Made by a program: the position numbers and the translations under genes
Assembly (NCBI GenBank): GCA_963767735.1
Contig: CAVYES010000006.1
Location: 32,001-96,000 of the forward strand
DNA length: 64,000 bases
Origin: Candidatus Bathyarchaeota archaeon
GTDB lineage: Archaea > Thermoproteota > Bathyarchaeia > Bathyarchaeales > Bathycorpusculaceae
Direction: 5' to 3'
Notes under the pieces: generated by a model
Told to the model about the DNA's origin: nothing
Database searches by the model: none
The model's input: only the letters and a program-made list of their open reading frames with translations
In this document: one piece after another, positions 19,872 through 29,783 of the stretch
Numbering within the stretch: position 1 is the first letter of the stretch
How the letters are laid out: every line of letters starts with the position of its first letter

Positions 19872-21191
19872 TTATGGCGTTAACCTGACTTTGTCACGTG
19901 GATACAGAGTTACTTCACGGATGTTCTTTTTCCCAGTTAAAATCATCGTTAACCGCTCAAGCCCAATGCCCCATCCAGCGTGAGGCGGCATCCCGTAATC
20001 GAAGGCTTGAAGATGGTACTTGAACGATTCAGGGTTAAGCCCCTTCTCAGTCATCCTTTGGATAAGCTGGTCTTTCTGGCTAATTCTCGTGCCGCCCGAC
20101 ACCAACTCGATGTAGCGCCACATTAAGTCAAAGCCCTCGCAAATCTCCGGCTTATCCTCGCGCGGTTTAATGTAGAACGCCTTCGCGTGCGTCGGCCAAT
20201 CGGTTATAAAATAGAAGAACGGGTACAGTTTGGCTAGTTCTCTGAAGGCTTCAGTGGGTATGTCTTCGCCCCAGGGAATCACCACGCCCTGCGCTTTGAG
20301 GTCTTCCAGCACTTGGGTGTAGGTTAAACGTTTAAACGGGATCTCTGGGATTTCGAACTTGTATTTGAGCACTGAAAGCTCGCTGACACACTTCTCCCTT
20401 ACCGTAACGCAAGTGTGATGGATAACCTGTTCCAGAAGCGCCATGACGTCTTGAGCGTTCGCAAAAGCCTCCTCGATGTCAACGGAAGTGAATTCGCTTA
20501 GGTGCCTGCGCGTGTGTGATTCTTCCGCCCTAAAGAAAGGTCCAACCTCAAAGACCTTCTCAAAGCTCAACGTTAACTCCTCTTTGTAGAGCTGTGGACT
20601 CTGGGCGAGGTATGCTTTCTGCTCAAAATACTTGACGCTGAAAAGCTCTGCGCCGCCTTCAGTTGCGGAGCCAATGATGCGCGGAGTGTGAACCTCCAAG
20701 AATCCCTTTTCATACAGGAAGCTTCGTATCGCAGCAAGAGCGGTATGCTGAATTTTAAAAGCCGCTAAATTCTTTTCTTGGGTAAGATCCAGCGCTCTTG
20801 CGTCCAAGCGAGCTTCTATGTTGGCTGGAGTTTTCCCCGTTATGTCTATGGGCAATTGTTCGTTTGCAGTGCTCAAAACTTTGATGCCGGAGGGGACTAC
20901 TTCTATGCCCCGGGGCGTCATGTTAGTTTTCTTAACCGTTCCCTTAACGGCTAAACTGAATCTTTTCTGCAGCAAATCAGACTTAGCTAAAACTTCTGGA
21001 GCAATACGTTTTTTAGGAATCGTAATTTGGATGGTTCCTTCTCGGTCTTGAAGGATAATAAAGCGGATGCCGCCTAAATCGCGGATTTCTTGAACCCAAC
21101 CGAAAAGAGTCACTTCTTGCCCGTCAATTTCTGGTGTAACAGCGCTTGTATAGTGGCTTCTAGTCCAGTCACCGATAGAGTTCAAGTTCAT
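19872..21191 (-). CDS. aspS: Aspartate-tRNA ligase (archaeal type)
   Basis: OB-fold GWVQEIRDLGG; YLAQSPQLYK; FRAEES; GMPPHAGWGIGLERL. Confidence 0.95.
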   Translation of the reverse strand: MNLNSIGDWTRSHYTSAVTPEIDGQEVTLFGWVQEIRDLGGIRFIILQDREGTIQITIPKKRIAPEVLAKSDLLQKRFSLAVKGTVKKTNMTPRGIEVVPSGIKVLSTANEQLPIDITGKTPANIEARLDARALDLTQEKNLAAFKIQHTALAAIRSFLYEKGFLEVHTPRIIGSATEGGAELFSVKYFEQKAYLAQSPQLYKEELTLSFEKVFEVGPFFRAEESHTRRHLSEFTSVDIEEAFANAQDVMALLEQVIHHTCVTVREKCVSELSVLKYKFEIPEIPFKRLTYTQVLEDLKAQGVVIPWGEDIPTEAFRELAKLYPFFYFITDWPTHAKAFYIKPREDKPEICEGFDLMWRYIELVSGGTRISQKDQLIQRMTEKGLNPESFKYHLQAFDYGMPPHAGWGIGLERLTMILTGKKNIREVTLYPRDKVRLTP

Positions 21192-21207
21192 GCCTGACCG
21201 CCAATCC

Positions 21208-21717
21208 TTAATCTGCGATTTCTACGCGCAAGGACATTTTACGTACTTTACTGGCGATTTCCTTTAAAGCTTTAAGGTCAAAAGGCAACTGTGCGCCACG
21301 TTTCCTCTTCAGGATAACTCTGGTTTCAGTGGTTCCGTCTGGAAGCCAAATCGTGTTGATCGTCAGTATGCTAAAGGGCATGAATAGGTCCTCTAAGAAT
21401 TTGCGGTCATCAACACCATACTCTAACACTCGAACATTCTTGCCTGTTTCGTCGCTCAGCGCTTTGATAATCTTTCCACTATAACCTAAAAGTCTTGGCA
21501 CATCTCCATGCCCAACGATGATGGCTAAAGTTTTTTCCACCTCAATTGCCCTATAGAAACACATACTTTGCAAGGAAGGATACTTCTCTTCTAGGGAGAG
21601 CAGTAAACGGGCTACTTTCAGGTCCATCTGACTGATCTCGCCAGATTTTACCTTCGCCGAGCATTTTTGGCATAGAATGCCGCTTTTTAAGCAGAAACTG
21701 CATAGTTCCGTTTTCAT
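21208..21717 (-). CDS. NusA-like KH-domain protein with N-terminal Zn finger
   Basis: CSFCLKSGILCQKC; LLGYSGKIIKAL KH loop; INTIWLPDG. Confidence 0.75.
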   Translation of the reverse strand: MKTELCSFCLKSGILCQKCSAKVKSGEISQMDLKVARLLLSLEEKYPSLQSMCFYRAIEVEKTLAIIVGHGDVPRLLGYSGKIIKALSDETGKNVRVLEYGVDDRKFLEDLFMPFSILTINTIWLPDGTTETRVILKRKRGAQLPFDLKALKEIASKVRKMSLRVEIAD

Positions 21718-21750
21718 TGTGTGTCGTTTTTCCTGCAAATAGGAGTTTGG

Positions 21751-22041
21751 CTACTGCTTGTTTCCCCTTATTAATGTTATTTCTATTGTGCTTACGTTAA
21801 CGGTCGTTTCGCTTTCTTCCTGTGGTAATAGTTTGTCTGTTCCGATGCCTATGTTTTTGATTTTTACGTCAGGGAGAAACCTGTGCCTAACAACTTCAGC
21901 AACGTCTATTGCTCGGCTGATGGATTTTCCCCGTGCCTTTATGCTTACTTCTTTTGCTCCGCCGTGAAAGAAAGTGATGCATGCGAGTACATAGTTCATT
22001 ATTGGTTTTTTTCCGATTAAGACAGCGTCGGCATCAGTCAC
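21751..22041 (-). CDS. albA: DNA/RNA-binding protein Alba
   Basis: [33 protein letters not shown]. Confidence 0.95.
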   Translation of the reverse strand: MTDADAVLIGKKPIMNYVLACITFFHGGAKEVSIKARGKSISRAIDVAEVVRHRFLPDVKIKNIGIGTDKLLPQEESETTVNVSTIEITLIRGNKQ

Positions 22042-22407
22042 GTCTTCGCTTCACTCCTAGTTACTTTTTAAGTGGCTTCAGTAAACTTTTTTTGAAAATA
22101 AATACATTGTGGTATAGGTTCAATGTTCTATCTAGGCGTTCGCAAACTGGTTGCAGCTGTTTGCTGTTTTTTGTTTATCCAGTACCACAGTTTATTTCTA
22201 AAACACAAGCTGTCTTGGGCTTGTAAAAAATCAGCCCCCTATTTAAGAAGCCAAATTAATCACCTTCGCAAATGATGAAACCCTAAATTGTTAGAGAGCG
22301 CCTTCTTTTTTGGTGTATCCTTATCTTGTTTTTGACGGTTTTGGCAACACCAAATTCTTAAGCAACCTCATTATTGTAAACGTTTAACTTAACAAAACAT
22401 CACATAA

Positions 22408-22875
22408 GTGATCAATTTGGAGCCATTAACTAAACGTTCAATTCAACTCTTAAAAACATTGTATGAGAAAGGGAAATCTACTAACACCTATACGCTGAAG
22501 GTAAAGCAAGACGAATTATCAAGCCAATTGGGAGTCAGTAGACAAGCTTTAAACGTGCACTTGCGCAAACTAAAAAATCGAGGCTACATTCGAACTGGCA
22601 GAGGCTTCATAGACGTCACTGATAAAGGATTGAATGCTCTGGGCGTATCCACTACTCCAGCCTTTATTCTGCTCAAGGTTTCACCAATTAAGCGAATACA
22701 TGTTTATGAGCAAATTCGTGATCTTGCCGTTTCTAGAGCTTTCCGGATAGCTGGCGAAGTAGACGCATTAATAATTGTTGAGCGCGATAACCTTGACGAA
22801 ATTCTAAAGAAACTCTATGACATAGACGGAATCGAAGATACACGTTCTTATGTCACGATTGAGGAAATTAAATAG
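22408..22875 (+). CDS. Lrp/AsnC-family transcriptional regulator
   Basis: wHTH (QDELSSQLGVSRQALNVHLRKL) plus RAM-like C-terminus (IAGEVDAL...IDGIEDTRS). Confidence 0.8.
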   Translation: MINLEPLTKRSIQLLKTLYEKGKSTNTYTLKVKQDELSSQLGVSRQALNVHLRKLKNRGYIRTGRGFIDVTDKGLNALGVSTTPAFILLKVSPIKRIHVYEQIRDLAVSRAFRIAGEVDALIIVERDNLDEILKKLYDIDGIEDTRSYVTIEEIK

Positions 22876-22883
22876 GGACAGTT

Positions 22884-24023
22884 TTGAATTTATTTGAGTA
22901 TGAAGCAAAACAAGAGTTTTCAAAGCATAATATTTCTATTCCAAAGGGCAAATTGGTAACTAAACTGGCCCAAACAGCTGAGGCGATTGCTGACCTTAAG
23001 CCGCCTTACATGGTGAAAGCACAAGTTTTAGTTGGCGGAAGAGGAAAAGCAGGCGGAATCCTATCTGTTACAACGGAAAAAGAAGCGGAAGAAGCCGCCG
23101 TTAAACTTCTTGGGGCACCAATAAGAGGTTTGATTGTTAAGCAGGTGCTAATAGAAGAAAAAATTCCAATCCGCAAAGAACTGTACTTGGGAATTGCGGT
23201 TGACCGCTCTAACCAAAGCTACGTTGCCCTAACTTCTGCAATAGGCGGAGTAGAAATCGAGGAAACAGCCAGTAAAACACCAAAAGCAATCATCCGAACC
23301 CTTATTGACTCCCAATTAGGCATGCGTTCTTTCCACTCACTGGCAATAGCAAAACAGTTAGGTTACAGCGGCAATCAACTTGTACAATTATCAACCATTA
23401 TCCAGAAGCTATACCAAGTTTGCATAGATAACGATGCTGAAATAGCTGAGATTAACCCGTTAGCCGAGACAGAAACAAGAGACTTCGTTGCACTAGATGC
23501 TCGAATGGTAATTGATGATAATGCCCTGTTTAGGCATCCCGAATATGAGGCAAGAGAAACCCAAACGCTCTCGCTTCAAGAGGCTTTGGCATTAAAGAAT
23601 AATTTGGCTTACGTTAAACTTGACGGCGACATAGGCGTGGTAGGCAATGGCGCTGGGCTGGTTATGGCTACGCTTGATTTGCTGAATTTTTTTGGAGGTA
23701 AACCAGCAAACTTTTTGGATTTAGGCGGTGGAGCAACTATTGATGCAATAGCGGTGGCTTTGCAGATTGTTTTTGCTGAACCAGATATCAAAGTCATACT
23801 GGTCAATGTTCTTGGAGGAATAACTCATTGTGATGATGTTGCTCGGGGCATTGTTGAGGCAGCAAACGAGGCTAAAGTTAAGAAACCGTTAGTTGTTAGA
23901 CTGGTGGGTACAAACCAGCAAGAAGGCGAAAAAATACTTGCCGAAGCCGGCATCAGCGTCTTAGTCAGCATGGAAGACGCAGCAAAACAAGCCGTTGAAA
24001 TTACCCGTGGAGCGCAACCTTAA
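22884..24023 (+). CDS. sucC: Succinyl-CoA synthetase beta subunit
   Basis: MNLFEYEAK, KAQVLVGGRGKAGG, EINPL, GNGAGLVMATLD, PANFLDLGGG. Confidence 0.92.
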   Translation: MNLFEYEAKQEFSKHNISIPKGKLVTKLAQTAEAIADLKPPYMVKAQVLVGGRGKAGGILSVTTEKEAEEAAVKLLGAPIRGLIVKQVLIEEKIPIRKELYLGIAVDRSNQSYVALTSAIGGVEIEETASKTPKAIIRTLIDSQLGMRSFHSLAIAKQLGYSGNQLVQLSTIIQKLYQVCIDNDAEIAEINPLAETETRDFVALDARMVIDDNALFRHPEYEARETQTLSLQEALALKNNLAYVKLDGDIGVVGNGAGLVMATLDLLNFFGGKPANFLDLGGGATIDAIAVALQIVFAEPDIKVILVNVLGGITHCDDVARGIVEAANEAKVKKPLVVRLVGTNQQEGEKILAEAGISVLVSMEDAAKQAVEITRGAQP

Positions 24024-24899
24024 ATGGGCATAATAATTAACGCTGACACGAAGGCGATTGTTCAGGGCATCACTGGGAAACAGGGCAGCTACCAAACCAA
24101 ACTCATGCTTGATTACGGAACCAAAATAGTGGCTGGAGTAGTTCCGGGCAAAGGCGGAACCTCAGTTAATGGAGTCCCCGTTTATGATACCGTTAAAGAA
24201 ACTGTTGAGGCGTATTCGCCTAATGCTTCAATAATTTTTGTGCCAGCGCCGTTCGCTCAAGATGCAGTTCTAGACGCTATCGCTAATAAAATCAAGACAA
24301 TAGTTGTGGTTACCGAGCATTTGCCGATAAAAGACACAATAAACCTAATGGCTTACGCAAATCAGTCGCAAGTCACTATTATTGGTCCTAACACACCTGG
24401 AATAATAACTCCTGGAGAGTGCAAACTTGGAATAATGCCAGCCAGCATCTTCAAGTCTGGCAGCGTTGGCGTGATTTCAAGAAGTGGCACTTTAACCTAT
24501 GAAATAGCGGCAGGGCTTACAGCCAACGGTTTAGGACAATCAACCTGCCTTGGCGTCGGCGGTGACCCTATTGTGGGCTTAAATTTTATTGAAGCCTTAG
24601 AATTATTCAGAGAAGACCCAGAGACTAAGGCGATAGTTTTGATTGGTGAAATCGGCGGTAACGTGGAAGAATTAACGGCAGAGTACATAGCACAAGAACG
24701 TTACCCCAAGCCGATTGTGGCTTATATGGCTGGACGATTTGCGCCGTCTGGCAAGCGGATGGGTCACGCGGGAGCCATAATAATGGGCAAGCAGGGTACT
24801 GCACAAAGCAAAATTGAAGCTTTAACAAACGCTGGAGTTAAAGTGGCTGAAACGCCTAGTGATGTGACAGAGCTCTTGATTAAGGCACTTTTGCGTTAA
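24024..24899 (+). CDS. sucD: Succinyl-CoA synthetase alpha subunit
   Basis: VQGITGKQG, GPNTPG, SRSGTLTYE, GKRMGHAGA (phospho-His). Confidence 0.93.
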   Translation: MGIIINADTKAIVQGITGKQGSYQTKLMLDYGTKIVAGVVPGKGGTSVNGVPVYDTVKETVEAYSPNASIIFVPAPFAQDAVLDAIANKIKTIVVVTEHLPIKDTINLMAYANQSQVTIIGPNTPGIITPGECKLGIMPASIFKSGSVGVISRSGTLTYEIAAGLTANGLGQSTCLGVGGDPIVGLNFIEALELFREDPETKAIVLIGEIGGNVEELTAEYIAQERYPKPIVAYMAGRFAPSGKRMGHAGAIIMGKQGTAQSKIEALTNAGVKVAETPSDVTELLIKALLR

Positions 24900-24994
24900 G
24901 ATTGGCTTTTTCTGTAAATTGCAAAGTTAAGACAAAAGGTATATTTGATACTTAACCATCAAAGACTTAGCCAAAATGGACGGTTAACAATAAT

Positions 24995-25156
24995 ATGCCA
25001 ATATTAGACCCAGTTAAAAAGGCAATAGCGCAGAAGCACAGGTTATACATGAAAATCTGCAGAGACTGCGGCGCACGTAACGCTGAAACCGCAGTGAAAT
25101 GCCGAAAATGTAAAGGCAAAAACCTGCGCTGGAAGAAACGAGAAATAGTAAAGTAA
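24995..25156 (+). CDS. rpl40e: 50S ribosomal protein L40e
   Basis: Manual translation MPILDPVKKAIAQKHRLYMKICRDCGARNAETAVKCRKCKGKNLRWKKREIVK; too short for the ORF track. Confidence 0.92.
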   Translation: MPILDPVKKAIAQKHRLYMKICRDCGARNAETAVKCRKCKGKNLRWKKREIVK

Positions 25157-25217
25157 AGAAAGAGCTTATTTTTATTTTACTTTTATCTTCGTAACTCAGC
25201 TTCCTAAATCTCTTATT

Positions 25218-25832
25218 TTACAACGTTTTTATCAGCGTTTCCATGTTGAAAAAAGTGTTGGCGCAGCCGTTCTTTAGCAACGGAACAGATTGCCAAGCCA
25301 TGCCCATGCTACTCAGCTTTTCGCCAGACATCATCACTTCTGGACCGCATGCAACACCTACAACCCCCTCATACTTCTTTTGCTTCAAAATATTAGGCAC
25401 ACAAGAACCACCAGATAAAACGTAAACGTCGTAACCTTTCTCTCTGGCAATGCCTTCCGCCTTGTTGACAAAACAGTCAGGTGAGCAATGAGCACAAACG
25501 TAAGAGTTCAAGCTCGGCTCAAAAACGGCTTGGCATTGACTATCCATGTATTTCCTACAACAGTGGGGAAGGAACAGAGCCCTCTTTTTGGTCTGCAGAA
25601 ATTCCTTTTTTTGTACCAAGTTCAAAGTTTGCATTTTAAGGAGGTCTTGAATTAGCACCACGGCATCTTGGATGTCAAGTCCTGAAACTTCCTGGATTCT
25701 GAATTTTCTGATTAATTCCTGTAAGGTTTTCTCAAAAACCTTCTGCATGCCCATTTGGTTGCCGACAATGGCGAGTTCTATGAAAAAGTGCTGCGGCGCC
25801 TTTGAGATGTCGAAAGTAAACTTATAGGGCAT
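25218..25832 (-). CDS. DUF116-family Cys-rich protein, copy A
   Basis: LFLPHCCR, CAHC..DC, GGSC, GVVGVAC, PLLKNGC. Confidence 0.8.
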   Translation of the reverse strand: MPYKFTFDISKAPQHFFIELAIVGNQMGMQKVFEKTLQELIRKFRIQEVSGLDIQDAVVLIQDLLKMQTLNLVQKKEFLQTKKRALFLPHCCRKYMDSQCQAVFEPSLNSYVCAHCSPDCFVNKAEGIAREKGYDVYVLSGGSCVPNILKQKKYEGVVGVACGPEVMMSGEKLSSMGMAWQSVPLLKNGCANTFFNMETLIKTL

Positions 25833-26023
25833 AAATCAAAATGAATAAAGATCCAAACTTAAAAAGAATATCTCTTATGGAGGGTGAGGAAACACATTTT
25901 TGCTTTAGCAAGGAAGCGTGCTTTAGATCATTTATCTCACTGATTTAGGCGCAGCTGGCAAAAAATGACGCTTCTAAAAAGAAAAGTGGCAACCATTAAC
26001 CCACGCAATGAGCAGGCTCGAAA

Positions 26024-26638
26024 CTATAGAGTTTTCACGAGAGTTTCCATATTAAATACTGTATTTGCACATCCATTCTTTAACAACGGTATAGCTTGCC
26101 CGGCTACATTTAAGCTGTTCAAAAATGGCTCCAGCACTCTCATTTCTTCTCCACACGCAATTCCCACTACGCCTTCGTAATGTGTATTCTTCAGAATCTT
26201 GGGTATGCATGAGCCGCCTGGTACCACGTAAACGTCATATCCTTTTCCCCGAGCCAAGCAGTCAGACTGGCTAACTAAGCAGTCTTTTGAACAGTGGGCG
26301 CATGAGTATGACGGGATATCTGAATTAAAAACTGCTTTGCAGCGTCCGTCTAAGTACTTTCTTGTGCAGTGAGAAAGAAAGAGAGCTCTTTTCTTGGTCT
26401 GCAAGAATTTGCCTCTCTCTATCATGTTTACTGCCTGTAAATCAATAAAGTCCTGAAGCAAGACTAAGGAATCAGAAAGATTTAGTCCCGTAGCCTCTTG
26501 TATTCTGAACCTTATAATAATTTCCTGTAATTTTTTAATTAATGTTTTATGCATGCCCTTCTGGTAACTCACCGTCGCAATTTCGGTGAAGAAGAAACGC
26601 GGTACCTTTGACAAGTCGAAAGTAAATTTATAGGGCAT
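26024..26638 (-). CDS. DUF116-family Cys-rich protein, copy B
   Basis: Same motifs and same 204-aa length as copy A. Confidence 0.8.
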   Translation of the reverse strand: MPYKFTFDLSKVPRFFFTEIATVSYQKGMHKTLIKKLQEIIIRFRIQEATGLNLSDSLVLLQDFIDLQAVNMIERGKFLQTKKRALFLSHCTRKYLDGRCKAVFNSDIPSYSCAHCSKDCLVSQSDCLARGKGYDVYVVPGGSCIPKILKNTHYEGVVGIACGEEMRVLEPFLNSLNVAGQAIPLLKNGCANTVFNMETLVKTL

Positions 26639-26699
26639 GTATTTAGCTAAGCTATTATGATGCTTAAATAAATAGCTGCGTCTATGTAAGAATTAACAG

Positions 26700-26987
26700 T
26701 TATTTCTTTTCCAAGTCCAAGAGGTCTTTAACGGCTTTCAGCTCTTCTCGGAGTTGCTCTACTTCTGCTTCAAGGTCGCTGGCTTTTAACTCCGCATCTT
26801 TCTTAGCGGTCTCTAGACCACTCAGCAATTCAGGTTTTGAATCAAGCTTTTCTAGTTTCTGCTGTAGATCAGCTAAATTTTGTCTAAGCCCTAACTGTAT
26901 TTCCTTAAGTCTTCCAATTAACTCTTCTACTTTTGGCGTTTCTAACGTTTTTTTGTTGGACTTAGCCATCTGTCTAAACACTTCCAT
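26700..26987 (-). CDS. Hypothetical coiled-coil protein
   Basis: Leu heptads, charged; co-oriented just downstream of tfb. Confidence 0.6.
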   Translation of the reverse strand: MEVFRQMAKSNKKTLETPKVEELIGRLKEIQLGLRQNLADLQQKLEKLDSKPELLSGLETAKKDAELKASDLEAEVEQLREELKAVKDLLDLEKK

Positions 26988-27012
26988 TGAAAAGAAAAAT
27001 TGAAAGAGCTTA

Positions 27013-27978
27013 TTAGATGCTTATTTCGAACATTAACCGTTCAACGAGTTCCTTGTACCTGTTCCGAATAGTAACCTCAGTCACCTGCGCAATCTCAGCG
27101 ATTTCCCTCTGCGTCTTCCGTTCACCTGTCAAAACTGACGCTACGTAACTTGCTGCCGCCGCAATTCCGGTTGGTCCTCTTCCTGATGTTAGTTTAAGTT
27201 CTTTTGCTGCGGCTAAGATTTTGTGGGCGATTTCTTCAACTTTTCCCTGCATCGTCAGTTGATTAGAAAACTTTGTTATGTACTGGCTTGGCCTAAGTGG
27301 TGGAATTGAATAGTTTAGTTCTCTGATTAAGAAACGGTAGCTTCTGCCGACTTCTTTCTTGTTTACACTTGATGCCTGAGCGATTTCGTCTAAAGTTCGA
27401 GGTAAGGCACATTGTCTGCACGCCAAGTAAATCGCTGCCGAAGTAACACCCTGAATTGACCTGCCTCGAATTAGCCGTTCTTTTACTGCTTTTCGGTAAA
27501 TTACTGAGGCTGTTTCAAGAATGTTTTTTGGAAGGTTCAAGTTGTTAGAAATCTTTGTTATTTCAGAAAGTGCAAATGCCAAGTTGCGTTCTGTGGCGTC
27601 TGAAACTCTGATGCGTCTTTGCCATTTCCTAAGACGATAAACTTGCGCTTTCTGCCCGGGAGAGAGACTTTTACCATAAATGTCTCGATCATGCCAATCG
27701 ATGGTTGTTGATAAACCTTTATCGTGGATTGTGTATGTTAAGGGCGCTCCAACTCTGGTTCGCTTTGACCTTTGCTCATCATCGAAGGCTCTCCACTCTG
27801 GTCCTCGGTCAGCTATTTTGGCTGCTACTACGAAACCGCAGTCCATGCACACTATTTCGGCGCATTCATAATCGCGCATAAGCCTGGTGCTGCCACATTC
27901 AGGGCATGATTGTATTTTGGCAGGTTCTGTTTTTACAGATTGGTCTGTCTCTTCATGTAACTCGGTATTTTTAATCAT
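27013..27978 (-). CDS. tfb: Transcription initiation factor IIB
   Basis: CPECGS...CMDCG Zn ribbon, GPEWRAF B-reader, two cyclin repeats, [13 protein letters not shown]. Confidence 0.97.
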   Translation of the reverse strand: MIKNTELHEETDQSVKTEPAKIQSCPECGSTRLMRDYECAEIVCMDCGFVVAAKIADRGPEWRAFDDEQRSKRTRVGAPLTYTIHDKGLSTTIDWHDRDIYGKSLSPGQKAQVYRLRKWQRRIRVSDATERNLAFALSEITKISNNLNLPKNILETASVIYRKAVKERLIRGRSIQGVTSAAIYLACRQCALPRTLDEIAQASSVNKKEVGRSYRFLIRELNYSIPPLRPSQYITKFSNQLTMQGKVEEIAHKILAAAKELKLTSGRGPTGIAAAASYVASVLTGERKTQREIAEIAQVTEVTIRNRYKELVERLMFEISI

Positions 27979-28253
27979 TCATTTTTGCTCCGTTTCGTTT
28001 TCGAGAGGAGCAAGTACACCGGTTTATTCAATAGTTTAGCGGGTTCCCTGACAGTTGGTTTAACGACTGCATAAGGAGCAGACACTGGACCGATAATGTC
28101 AAAAACTTTACCCACAACACTTAAGCTTTCATCAACAACTTCTGAGCCAATTCTAGGCGCTTTCTCAGTCTTAACAATCATGTTTTTTGACGGAGTTAAC
28201 GCCCGCACCCTGCCCAATCTTTGCAAACGCGCCATTCCCCTCTCGCAAAACAT
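27975..28253 (-). CDS. gar1: H/ACA RNP subunit Gar1
   Basis: [19 protein letters not shown]; gar1-tfb synteny; exact start uncertain. Confidence 0.88.
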   Translation of the reverse strand: MFCERGMARLQRLGRVRALTPSKNMIVKTEKAPRIGSEVVDESLSVVGKVFDIIGPVSAPYAVVKPTVREPAKLLNKPVYLLLSKTKRSKNE

Positions 28254-28330
28254 GTAGGTGACCGTAGGAGCTTATTTAAAGCTTTCTAAAGGCTTTATAA
28301 GCTGAACGATTTAGACTGACATTTTTTAGT

Positions 28331-28347
28331 CGAAAGCTTCTTAAATA
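28331..28347 (+). promoter_or_regulatory. Putative BRE/TATA promoter of the rpl7ae operon
   Basis: cgaaag...ttaaata about 45 nt upstream of the ATG. Confidence 0.5.
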
Positions 28348-28389
28348 AGAAGTGTGGATAAGACTGTGCCTTAAAAGGGTGAGGCTAAT

Positions 28390-28770
28390 ATGTCCAAACC
28401 ATTCTATGTAAAATATGAAGTACCGAAAGAAATCGTAGATGCAGCCTATGAAGCCCTAACGATTGCTTCTAAATCAGGAGTTGTTAGGAAAGGAACAAAC
28501 GAGGCAACAAAAGCTGTTGAGCGATCTCAAGCAAAACTTGTCGTAATAGCTGAAGATGTTGATCCGCCAGAAGTGGTAGCGCATTTACCTCTTCTCTGCG
28601 AAGAAAGAAAAATTCCATACGTGTTCGTTCCAAATAAAGACAAACTAGGCAACGCAATAGGCATAGACGTCCCATGCGCAGCAGCGTGCATTCTCAAGGA
28701 AGGCGAAGCCGCAGGATTAATCAAAGAAATCGTTACTCGGATTGACCAGGTTAAACGAGGATCTCAGTAA
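28390..28770 (+). CDS. rpl7ae: 50S ribosomal protein L7Ae
   Basis: [28 protein letters not shown]. Confidence 0.97.
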   Translation: MSKPFYVKYEVPKEIVDAAYEALTIASKSGVVRKGTNEATKAVERSQAKLVVIAEDVDPPEVVAHLPLLCEERKIPYVFVPNKDKLGNAIGIDVPCAAACILKEGEAAGLIKEIVTRIDQVKRGSQ

Positions 28771-28988
28771 TGAGCAAAGAAGCAGCAGAAGAGCTTATTC
28801 CATCAGAAGTTATCCAAGTCATAGGCCGTACAGGTGTGACTGGCGAAATTACGCAGGTTCGAGTCCGCATCATGGAAGGAAAAGATAAGGGCAGAATCAT
28901 AACACGCAACGTTAAAGGACCAATCCGCGTTCAAGATATTCTTATGCTGCGAGAAACAGAAAGAGAAGCAAAGAAAATTACAAGATAA
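28770..28988 (+). CDS. rps28e: 30S ribosomal protein S28e
   Basis: [28 protein letters not shown]. Confidence 0.97.
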   Translation: MSKEAAEELIPSEVIQVIGRTGVTGEITQVRVRIMEGKDKGRIITRNVKGPIRVQDILMLRETEREAKKITR

Positions 28989-29004
28989 CTGAGGAGAAAT
29001 TGTC

Positions 29005-29202
29005 ATGCCAAAATCAAGAAAATGTTCATTCTGCGGTGCTGATTTCCCAGCTGGTACAGGCATGATGTTCGTTAAAAACGATGGATCGATTTTATGGTAC
29101 GATTCTGGCAAATGCAAGAAAAGTTCATTGCAATTCAAACGAGACGCACGTAAACTAAAGTGGACCAAGTACTTCGGTAAAGAAGAGAAAGGCAAAGGTT
29201 AA
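29005..29202 (+). CDS. rpl24e: 50S ribosomal protein L24e
   Basis: CSFCG...GTGMMFVKNDG...RKLKWT; synteny. Confidence 0.95.
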   Translation: MPKSRKCSFCGADFPAGTGMMFVKNDGSILWYDSGKCKKSSLQFKRDARKLKWTKYFGKEEKGKG

Positions 29203-29315
29203 ACCACAAGTCTTTTCAGTTCCAACCATTTTTTCATTTTTTAGTAATTTTGTTATTCGATTTTTTACTGAAAGCTTATCTTTCGGCGGTTTTAATCATA
29301 AATTTAGGTGCCAAC

Positions 29316-29624
29316 TTGCCCCTTTTCCGTACAAAAAAAGAAGCGTTCGAATGGTTAACGTCAAGCAAAAAAACTATTGATGTCAGAAAGGGCAATCCAC
29401 ACCGCGGTGAGGTTGCTGTTTATCTTTCAGGGCGAAAGGTTCTACGGATGAGGATTATTAAGAGAGAAACGGGAAGACTAGGCGAAGTTGTGCGGCCTGA
29501 TAATTACGTGCTGGTTATTCCTTCCGCTGTGGTTATTGATGATGCTCTGGCTTACCTGCGGGCGCTTTACGATGGATATGATGGCGATTTTACCGCTTAT
29601 TATATTGTGCCGTTAGAGAGTTAA
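29316..29624 (+). CDS. ASCH/PUA-like domain protein
   Basis: FEWLTSSKKTIDVR resembles the ASCH GxKxxExR motif; TTG start after AGGTG. Confidence 0.55.
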   Translation: MPLFRTKKEAFEWLTSSKKTIDVRKGNPHRGEVAVYLSGRKVLRMRIIKRETGRLGEVVRPDNYVLVIPSAVVIDDALAYLRALYDGYDGDFTAYYIVPLES

Positions 29625-29783
29625 GCTTTTTTGTCCATTTTATATTTGCGATTATGCTAAAATAAATGATTAAACTAAATTATTATTGTAAATATATTCC
29701 GTTTTTAGTAGAAAAAATAACTAAAACGTAACGCTTAAATATGCTACTGATGCTTTGTTCATATCCATAATGAGGAATTAAAA

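Noticed and set aside
22271-22330. ATGATGA resembling a C box of a C/D sRNA
   Set aside because: No CTGA D box at a suitable distance
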